DNA from: Thermoplasmata archaeon
GTDB lineage: Archaea > Thermoplasmatota > Thermoplasmata > Lutacidiplasmatales > UBA184
Direction: 5' to 3'
Length of the DNA: 64,000 nt
Assembly: GCA_028864975.1 (NCBI GenBank)
Contig: JAGWLG010000002.1
Location: 96,001-160,000 of the forward strand
A program made the translations under genes and the position numbers. Position 1 is the stretch's first letter; each line of letters opens with the position of its first letter. Positions 57,618-64,000 of the stretch are shown in pieces. The notes beneath the pieces were generated by a model. It saw only the letters and a list, made by a program, of their open reading frames with translations, ran no database searches and was not told the origin of the DNA.

Positions 57618-58063
57618 AGTCCTGGCGGGGGGCGGACCTCGACCCCGAGCTCATCGAGAGCTGTCGCGCTTACGCCCAAGGGATCTCCCTCGGGACGGAG
57701 CACGAGGAGGTCCTTCCCGGCAACAAAGGTGTGGTGCGTCGCATCCGGGTCTCCCATGGGGAGCAGTCGGTGATACGAACGGAGGTCCGTTCCATGCTCA
57801 CCGAGCGGATCTTCGTCGACGCCACCCCTCTCGGAGCGGTCCTCCTGCTGCTCGAGATCGCGAGGCGACGGGATGCCCCGAAGCTCCTGGTCGTGCGATC
57901 GGGGGAGACGGCCGGAGAGTACGCTCAGGGGGCGATCGAGATCGCCTGGGGCGCGGTCATGCTGGAGGGGAGCGGGGTCTCGCTCTGGGGTGGGGGGCTT
58001 CCCGGGGACCCCCGACGGTTGGACATGACCGAGCTCATCTCCCTCGCGGAGACCGTGCTCTGA
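57614..58063 (+). CDS. hypothetical protein
   Basis: 149 aa with an ATGA overlap on the upstream gene and an alpha/beta-like composition. No family recognised. Confidence 0.65.
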   Translation: MKSWRGADLDPELIESCRAYAQGISLGTEHEEVLPGNKGVVRRIRVSHGEQSVIRTEVRSMLTERIFVDATPLGAVLLLLEIARRRDAPKLLVVRSGETAGEYAQGAIEIAWGAVMLEGSGVSLWGGGLPGDPRRLDMTELISLAETVL

Positions 58064-58084
58064 GCACCCGAAGGCGGAGGACGT

Positions 58085-58912
58085 TCACTTGGAGGCCGGT
58101 GCTGCCTTCGCGGGGGCCCCGCCCTCCTCTAGGGAGGGGAGGGCCGCGAGGAACTCCAGCACCGCCTGATTGAAGGCGGAAGGGTTCTCGAGGAAGGGGA
58201 GATGCCCCGCGCCCGGGATCCCGACGCCCTTGGCCCCAGGGATCGCATCCACCAGGGCTTTCGACTGCTTGGGAGGGATCGTTCGGTCCTCTTCTCCCCA
58301 GATCACTAGCGTGGGGACCCTCACCTCGGGCAGGAGGGACGTGAAGTCCGGTCGGCCCGCGAGCGCGACCAGGGAGGCGATCATCGCGGGAACGGGAGAG
58401 GCACGAACGATCTGGAGCACCGCGGGAAAGAGGTCAGGGTTTCCGACGTTGTTCGGAGCGAGAAGGTTCCGCGCGGTCTCGACCGCAAATCCCCCGGGGC
58501 CCTCCTGACGGAGCCGGGCGATCGTCGCGTAGCGCTTCGCGGCGGCCTCCTCAGAGTCCGCCTCGGCGCGGGTGTTCGTCAGCACCAGCGCACGGACCCG
58601 CTCCGGATGCTCCCCATACTTGTGCAGCGCGAGGTACCCTCCGAGGGAATGGCCGATCACCACCGCGGGCGGGGAGGCCAGGGCGTGGGTGCTCGATTCC
58701 ACGACCGCGGAGACGCCTTCCAGGGTCTCGGGAGGGCGAATGGTCGACGCTTGTCCGTATCCTGGAAGATCGAAGGCGACCACGCGGTTCCCGACCGCGA
58801 AGGGGTCGAGCTGCCCCTTCCACACGCCGCGGTGGAGCGGGAAACCGTGGAGGAGCACGATCGGGCTCCCGGAGCCTCGGTCGTCGTGGGGAAGGACGTC
58901 CGCCGTCGCCAT
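58085..58912 (-). CDS. alpha/beta fold hydrolase (enol-lactonase/MenH-like)
   Basis: IVLLHGFP, FDLPGYG, GHSLGG, WGEED and GAGHL. Confidence 0.9.
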   Translation of the reverse strand: MATADVLPHDDRGSGSPIVLLHGFPLHRGVWKGQLDPFAVGNRVVAFDLPGYGQASTIRPPETLEGVSAVVESSTHALASPPAVVIGHSLGGYLALHKYGEHPERVRALVLTNTRAEADSEEAAAKRYATIARLRQEGPGGFAVETARNLLAPNNVGNPDLFPAVLQIVRASPVPAMIASLVALAGRPDFTSLLPEVRVPTLVIWGEEDRTIPPKQSKALVDAIPGAKGVGIPGAGHLPFLENPSAFNQAVLEFLAALPSLEEGGAPAKAAPASK

Positions 58913-59019
58913 CGGCGGTAGGCCCACATCACGGAGGTATAAGGCAGCATGTCGGGGTCGAGCGAGCCGCGCGGCTTCCGCCCCATGCACACCCCCGTCT
59001 CCACCTTACGGCGGGGCGG

Positions 59020-60003
59020 ATGCTGCAGCGGAAGCCCAAATACCAAGGAGCCCTCGTCCCGGGCGTGGCGAGCGTGCAGTTCCTCCAGGTCTCCGCAGGC
59101 GCGTTCCTGGGAGGCGCGGTGGAGGGCGTGGTCCGTGCTGAGTTCGACAAGCCTACCAAAGTGCGGGATATCACCCTCACGCTGACCGGCAGTGAGCATT
59201 CGCAAACCACGGTGCAGGCGGGGAAGAACTCCGAGACGATCACGCAGGTGTCACCCTTCCTACAACAGGCGGTCTCCCTGCGCGAGCGCATCCCGTTCCA
59301 GGACCCCGAGCACGCCACCCCCGGCACCTACGATCTTCCGTTCAAGTTCCCTCTCCCGGTGGTCGCTCCTCCCACCCTGGCCACTTCCATCGAGGACCAG
59401 GACTTCGGGCACATCGATCACGTGCGTGACGGGATGTACGTCGATTACGCCCTTGAGATCAAGGTCGATGTTCCGCTCTGGATCGACCCCCTTCGCCGGC
59501 ACCGTTTTCCCGTCTATCCCCCGGTCCGCGTCCTCGGAGGGATGCCCGAGGCCCGCACGAGCTCGGGCCCGGACCGCGCAGGGCTCCAGGTCGCCCCCCT
59601 GGACGGTAACGCCCCCTGGATCTTCCCCGGCAAGCCCTGCTCGATCCTCTACAACGTCCAGAACCCTTCGGGGAAGACCCTGAAGGGGCTTACCGCGCGG
59701 TTGGTCCGCGACGTGAGCTATGTCTGCCGGGGCCGCTCCTGCGCGAGCCAACAGATCTTCGGGAACTTCTTTGCTCCGTTCCAAGGCAACGCTCCCTCTT
59801 TCCAGGGGCGCCTCGACCTCATGGTCCCGAACGACGCCGGGATGGTGAACCCCGGGAGCGGTCAGCTCTTCAGATGCACCTGGTCGATGGAGTTCGACCT
59901 CGGAGTGGAATGGGGGTTCGACGCGAAGGTCAAGGTTCCGCTAACGCCGCCCGTGGTCCAAGTGCCGGTCCCGACCGCCTCTCCCCCTCCTCCCTACGCA
60001 TAG
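59020..60003 (+). CDS. arrestin-fold protein
   Basis: VEGVVRAEFDKPTKVRDITLTLTGSE, GTYDLPFKFPLP and VDYALEIKVDVP match arrestin N-domain patterns. A second beta-sandwich follows, and the protein ends PPPPYA. Confidence 0.8.
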   Translation: MLQRKPKYQGALVPGVASVQFLQVSAGAFLGGAVEGVVRAEFDKPTKVRDITLTLTGSEHSQTTVQAGKNSETITQVSPFLQQAVSLRERIPFQDPEHATPGTYDLPFKFPLPVVAPPTLATSIEDQDFGHIDHVRDGMYVDYALEIKVDVPLWIDPLRRHRFPVYPPVRVLGGMPEARTSSGPDRAGLQVAPLDGNAPWIFPGKPCSILYNVQNPSGKTLKGLTARLVRDVSYVCRGRSCASQQIFGNFFAPFQGNAPSFQGRLDLMVPNDAGMVNPGSGQLFRCTWSMEFDLGVEWGFDAKVKVPLTPPVVQVPVPTASPPPPYA

Positions 60004-60023
60004 CGGCCCACCTCGCCTTCCGG

Positions 60024-60800
60024 TCATAGCGCGACAGGACCTTGAGCGGCGCTTCGCGAGGGCGCTTTGGGAGACGGATCGCGGAGGGGGACCGTTCGCG
60101 TGCGCTCGCGCAACAGTTGGGAGAAATGCTCACCTCGCACCGTCCACGAGAACCCGTGCGACGGTCGGTAGTACAGCCACCCATTGTCCAGGGCCTCGTC
60201 CACGGTACCTCGAAGGCCTTCCGGCACCCCCTGGGGGGAGGCAAAGAGAAAGGCCTGCACGAGCCGAGAGATGGGGTCCTCGCTATCGGAGAGTGTGAGA
60301 TGGTCGTGCGCGGAGCCGAGCTGCCGCATCAGCGAAGGAGCCATGTCGAGGGGGATCCGGCGAAGGTCGTACGGGCAAAGAAAGCGCGAGCCGCCGCGGG
60401 GTTGCTGGTCGAACCAGCTCTCATACTCCTCGATCCGGGGAACGTCCTCGCGGGTCCAATAGTACGATATGGCGTCCGCACCCGCCGAGACCCCTCGGGG
60501 ATGGGCCGAGACGAACTCCGCGATCTCCGGTACAGGTCTCAGCACGCGCTGGGTTGCGGCCACCTGGGGTCCCTGAAGGTCGCGTATGGCCCCCTCGAAA
60601 CGGGCCGAGATACGAGGGAGCTTCTCCCGGACCAGGTCTGCGACCCAGGGTTCTGCGACCCAATAGGCGGTCGCCCCCGGGTCCGAGGCCCCACGAAGGA
60701 ACGCGACAGCATGCTCGGCCTCCTCCTCTCCCGAGTCATGGAAGGCGATGGCGTGCGTGCCCGACGGCAAGCTGGAGAGGTCTTTCAGCAGAATCGGCAT
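60024..60800 (-). CDS. MEDS (DcmR-like sensory) domain protein with possible C-terminal winged helix
   Basis: HAIAFH...AVAFL, EYESWFD and FLCPYDLRR...AHDH. The tail VDEALDNGWLYY...FSWTVRGEHF is wHTH-like. Confidence 0.7.
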   Translation of the reverse strand: MPILLKDLSSLPSGTHAIAFHDSGEEEAEHAVAFLRGASDPGATAYWVAEPWVADLVREKLPRISARFEGAIRDLQGPQVAATQRVLRPVPEIAEFVSAHPRGVSAGADAISYYWTREDVPRIEEYESWFDQQPRGGSRFLCPYDLRRIPLDMAPSLMRQLGSAHDHLTLSDSEDPISRLVQAFLFASPQGVPEGLRGTVDEALDNGWLYYRPSHGFSWTVRGEHFSQLLRERTRTVPLRDPSPKAPSRSAAQGPVAL

Positions 60801-60883
60801 GGACGCCCCGGGGAGCCCCAGGACCTCCCGTCCAATGCGTATAGGTACGTACCGCAGATATGAACGCGAGGGTTACCTGTTGG

Positions 60884-61912
60884 TTACGGTTCGAGCGTGA
60901 GCTCCTCCCCGGCCTCTTCCAGATAGAAAGCGAAGGCGTGGATCACGGCACGCTCGGCCGTGGCCCAGGCCTCGGGGATCTGCTTCCAGCCGTCCCGCAG
61001 GTCTCCTACGGCGTAGAGACCTGGGACCGGGCCCGAGCCGTCGGTCGCAAGGACACGGCAGTCGTCATCGGTCGCTACGTAGCCGTCGTCCGTGATCTTC
61101 GCCCCCAACTTCCGTGGGAGCTCGGCATGGGTCGAGTACCAGCCCATCCCGCTGAACCCCTTGTCGAAGGTCATGTGGGAGCCGTCGGCCAACACGACCC
61201 CGAACTGCTTCTCCCGGATCCCTTCGAAGCTCACGATCGACGGGTCGAGGTGTCGAACTCCTCGGGACGCGAGCCGCCGCTCGATCTCCCTGCGTTCCTC
61301 CGGCGGGGTGTCCTCCAGCCATGTGGACCCATGCGCGAGGATCGTGACCGAAGTGGGATGGAAGTGAAAGAGGTCAAGGGCCGTCAGGGCGGCGAACTTT
61401 CCTGCTCCTATGACGGCGACCCTCTTGCCCGGCAGGGTGTGGCCATCGCAGAGGACACAGAAGTCGACGATCCCCTGGTTGGCCCAGGGAAAGATCGGTC
61501 GGATCTCCCCTTGCACCTCGGGGATGCGGTCGACGACCCCCATGGCAAGGACGAGGACACGTCCCGTCACCCTCTGGACCTGACGGAGGCGCTCGAAGGT
61601 CACCGTGAACCCCTCCGATCCGCGCTCCACACTATGGACGACGACCGGCGAGAGGTAGTCGGTCCAGTTGGAGACCCGGCGGACCTGTTCGAGCTGAAGG
61701 TCCAGCAGTTTGTGTCCACTGATCCCTTCCGGGAACCCCGGGATGTTCGCCATGTTCGGCGCGTAGTACGACCGTCCGAACTTCGGCCCGCGGTCGAGGA
61801 TGAGCGCGGTCTGGTGGAGCAGCCCGGCCTTGAACCCGGCTTGCAGGCCGGCGTGCCCGCCGCCGAGGACCAGGACATCGTATTGGGGCTTGAGGCGGAC
61901 GAAACCGGCCAT
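60884..61912 (-). CDS. thioredoxin reductase-like FAD/NAD(P) oxidoreductase
   Basis: DVLVLGGGHAG, NIPGFP, LAMG, CVLCDG and GLYAVGD. Confidence 0.88.
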   Translation of the reverse strand: MAGFVRLKPQYDVLVLGGGHAGLQAGFKAGLLHQTALILDRGPKFGRSYYAPNMANIPGFPEGISGHKLLDLQLEQVRRVSNWTDYLSPVVVHSVERGSEGFTVTFERLRQVQRVTGRVLVLAMGVVDRIPEVQGEIRPIFPWANQGIVDFCVLCDGHTLPGKRVAVIGAGKFAALTALDLFHFHPTSVTILAHGSTWLEDTPPEERREIERRLASRGVRHLDPSIVSFEGIREKQFGVVLADGSHMTFDKGFSGMGWYSTHAELPRKLGAKITDDGYVATDDDCRVLATDGSGPVPGLYAVGDLRDGWKQIPEAWATAERAVIHAFAFYLEEAGEELTLEP

Positions 61913-61932
61913 CCACCCTAGGACCGATTTCG

Positions 61933-62721
61933 CTACTTGAGGTCGCGCGCAGGCTCCGCGAGGCGAGCCCGGGTCCGAGGTACGAACGAGGGCAGCGGGT
62001 GACCGCAGGCGCGACAGGTGCTCTTCACCAATCGTCGCTCCAACGGGATCAAGTGGGCCCAGAGCCCACCTGCCGTCAGCGCGTAGAGCTCCAGCGCGGC
62101 CTCACAGCTTTGGTCGAACGAAGTCGCCTCCACCCCCAACGCGCGCCGTTGAGCGCGGCGCCACCCCGGGGACATCCTGGCGCCGACCCGTTCCCAGAGC
62201 GCGTTCTCGGTCCCATAGGGCATCTCGAGGTGGACCGCGACCAGTGCCGCCATGGCGTTCCCCAGAAGGTTCCTTTGGACGGCGGCCGTCTCGTGGTCTC
62301 CTTCGGCCATCGAGCGCGTGAGTTTCTGGACCTCCTCCGCCCAGCCGGTCAGCTCTCGTCCCAAGTACCGACTGGAGGAGCGTCGGAGCCGTTCGGGTCG
62401 AAAGCGTTCCGCTTGCCCCTTGAGCCGGCCCGCCACCCCCGACGGGTCGTGGAGCAGAACGGCCTCCCGCCAGCCGGGGACGGCCCCCCAGGCGTTCTTG
62501 GGATCATCAAACCTGGACCGTTCCTTGCGAACGGTGGTCCGATGCACCGATACCTGGAGTCCCCCGCGGAAGAGGATCTCGGTCCCCTCGCGCCGGCCGA
62601 CCACCCATAGGTCCAGGTCCGACCACCGATGAGCGTCCCCTCGGGCCCAACTGCCCGCAAGGACCACGGCGGAGGCTCCCTCTCGAGCAAAGGTCCGGGC
62701 CATGATTCGTGCGATGGACAT
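61933..62721 (-). CDS. nucleotidyltransferase, KNTase-like (MNT domain plus helical domain)
   Basis: LAGSWARGDAHRWSDLDLWVV, and a helical C-terminal domain resembling the kanamycin nucleotidyltransferase C-domain. Confidence 0.8.
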   Translation of the reverse strand: MSIARIMARTFAREGASAVVLAGSWARGDAHRWSDLDLWVVGRREGTEILFRGGLQVSVHRTTVRKERSRFDDPKNAWGAVPGWREAVLLHDPSGVAGRLKGQAERFRPERLRRSSSRYLGRELTGWAEEVQKLTRSMAEGDHETAAVQRNLLGNAMAALVAVHLEMPYGTENALWERVGARMSPGWRRAQRRALGVEATSFDQSCEAALELYALTAGGLWAHLIPLERRLVKSTCRACGHPLPSFVPRTRARLAEPARDLK

Positions 62722-62807
62722 GGCCCGGCGAAGGTCCTTGCGAGCCGCCCGCGGATTGCGTCGTTCCCAGCGGGAGCGCGACCCTGGCATTCCGTCCGAT
62801 CTCCCGT

Positions 62808-64000
62808 TCAGAGCTCCCGTTGGAAGAACTCGCCCATCCGCCCCCACATCCGGAGCTTCTGCTGGATGTCGTCGGACCCGTGGCCCTCGTCGCCGAACTC
62901 GACGTACTCGAATTCCCGGCCTTCCGTCCTTCCCAGCTCGAGCAGACGGTCGCGGAACTTCCGGGCCTGGTCCACAGGACAGCGAGGGTCGTTCGCTCCA
63001 TGAAGCATCAGGAGCTTCGCTCGGAGCTTCTCGGCGAAGTGGAGCGCACTACGGTCACGCCAGAGTTCACGGTCCTGGACCGGGTCACCCATGTTCTCCC
63101 GCAAGAAGTAGCGGAAGTGCTCCTTGGATCCCTCCCACATCTGTTCGAGGTCGGTGATCCCCACGATGGCGCAGGCGGCCTTCCACATCTCCGGTCGCTT
63201 CACGCTCGCAAGATACGTCATGTAGCCCCCGTAACTCCCCCCGAAGAGCCCCACTCGGTCCGGGTCGACCTGGGGCAGGGTCCGCAGATACTCGGTCGCG
63301 GCGACCACGTCGCGGAGATCGCCCCCTCCCCAGTCCTTGCGGTTCATGTCGCGGAACTCGACGCCGTACCCGGTGCTCCCCCTCACGTTGGGTTCGATGA
63401 GGGTGAACCCGAGAGCGACAAGGTACTGCGCGAGGGGGTTGAACTGTCGGAAGAACTGCCAAGTGGGGCCGCCGTGCACCTCGACGAGGGCGGGGGAGCG
63501 CCGCGCGGAGGCCCGGCCTCGCGGGTGGTAGACGAGCGCCTCGATCTCGCGTCCGTCGAACGTCGGGTAGTGAACCGTCTCGCACGGGGCCAGGGCGCGG
63601 GGGTCGATACCTTTCATGACCGGTGCGAGGAGAAGACGCCGTCTCTTCCGCGGGAGGTCGAAGGCCCAGAACTGCCACGGGCGGTGGACGTCCGTCTCGT
63701 ACAGCAGGACCTCGGAGCCCGAAGGAAGGAACTGGGCCATCCCGAGGGTACCGCCCGGAAGGTCGAGGGCCTCCTCCTTCCCCGAGGCCAGGTCGTAGAC
63801 CCATGCACGGGTGGCGACCCCTGAGTTCCCGACCGTCAGAAGGCGTCTTCCGTCGGGAGAGTGATCCGCGGGGTTCTCCTCCCACCCGGCGTGGCCGAAC
63901 CATCGGACCTGGTGCGTCCCGACCTCCAGAAGTCCGGGACGGAAGCTCCCCGTCGCGTCCGAGGCGACGGCAAGGGAAGCTCCGTCGGGGCTCCATCCCA
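62808..64000 (-). CDS. S9 prolyl oligopeptidase/acylaminoacyl peptidase (5' partial)
   Basis: VHGGP, NVRGSTGYG, GGSYGG, HGANDPRC and DEGHG. The frame continues upstream of Met 63740 toward the window edge as beta-propeller sequence (HSPDGRRLL). Confidence 0.93.
   Translation of the reverse strand, partial: GWSPDGASLAVASDATGSFRPGLLEVGTHQVRWFGHAGWEENPADHSPDGRRLLTVGNSGVATRAWVYDLASGKEEALDLPGGTLGMAQFLPSGSEVLLYETDVHRPWQFWAFDLPRKRRRLLLAPVMKGIDPRALAPCETVHYPTFDGREIEALVYHPRGRASARRSPALVEVHGGPTWQFFRQFNPLAQYLVALGFTLIEPNVRGSTGYGVEFRDMNRKDWGGGDLRDVVAATEYLRTLPQVDPDRVGLFGGSYGGYMTYLASVKRPEMWKAACAIVGITDLEQMWEGSKEHFRYFLRENMGDPVQDRELWRDRSALHFAEKLRAKLLMLHGANDPRCPVDQARKFRDRLLELGRTEGREFEYVEFGDEGHGSDDIQQKLRMWGRMGEFFQREL

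Noticed and set aside
1-64000. CRISPR arrays, rRNA genes, IS elements, prophage or provirus
   Set aside because: By eye I saw no regularly spaced direct repeats, rRNA-like segments, transposase or integrase motifs, terminal inverted repeats or viral genes. A computational scan could still find short elements.

Overview
This is a GC-rich archaeal chromosomal segment. The archaeal assignment rests on the PolD large subunit, RadA, a Pop5-like RNase P subunit, PurP and a BHB-type tRNA intron. A Thermoplasmata-like lineage is my inference from gene content (FtsZ, M1 tricorn-factor-like aminopeptidase, MMPL, PurH) and is not proven. About 53 CDSs can be supported. They are mostly housekeeping or metabolic: purine synthesis (purC, purH, purP), NAD synthesis (nadC, nadA), hutH, gcvT, a three-subunit Mo-hydroxylase, three peptidases (M3, M1, S9), transporters (MMPL, MFS, CPA1), and replication/repair genes (polC, radA with intein, mutY, polX, TIGR02757-like, an orphan DNA methyltransferase). 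I saw no rRNA, CRISPR array, transposase or integrase. The ORF track misses three things: (1) a tRNA-Arg(UCG) at 29420-29529 interrupted by a 35-nt intron in the T-loop (position 59/60) with a relaxed bulge-helix-bulge; (2) a 59-aa zinc-ribbon gene inside an operon of three AIM24/TRAP-like paralogues, preceded by a perfect 10-bp inverted repeat; (3) a hairpin-rich intergenic region near 15040-15290. Other notable items are a 513-aa RadA intein with LAGLIDADG motifs and an extra HTH-like segment, a MutY with an intact Nudix box, an arrestin-fold protein ending in PPPY, a PolX with an eroded PHP domain, and a PurH with eroded cyclohydrolase motifs in a genome that also has PurP. All product calls come from motif recognition by eye; no searches were run, and many start codons are best guesses.
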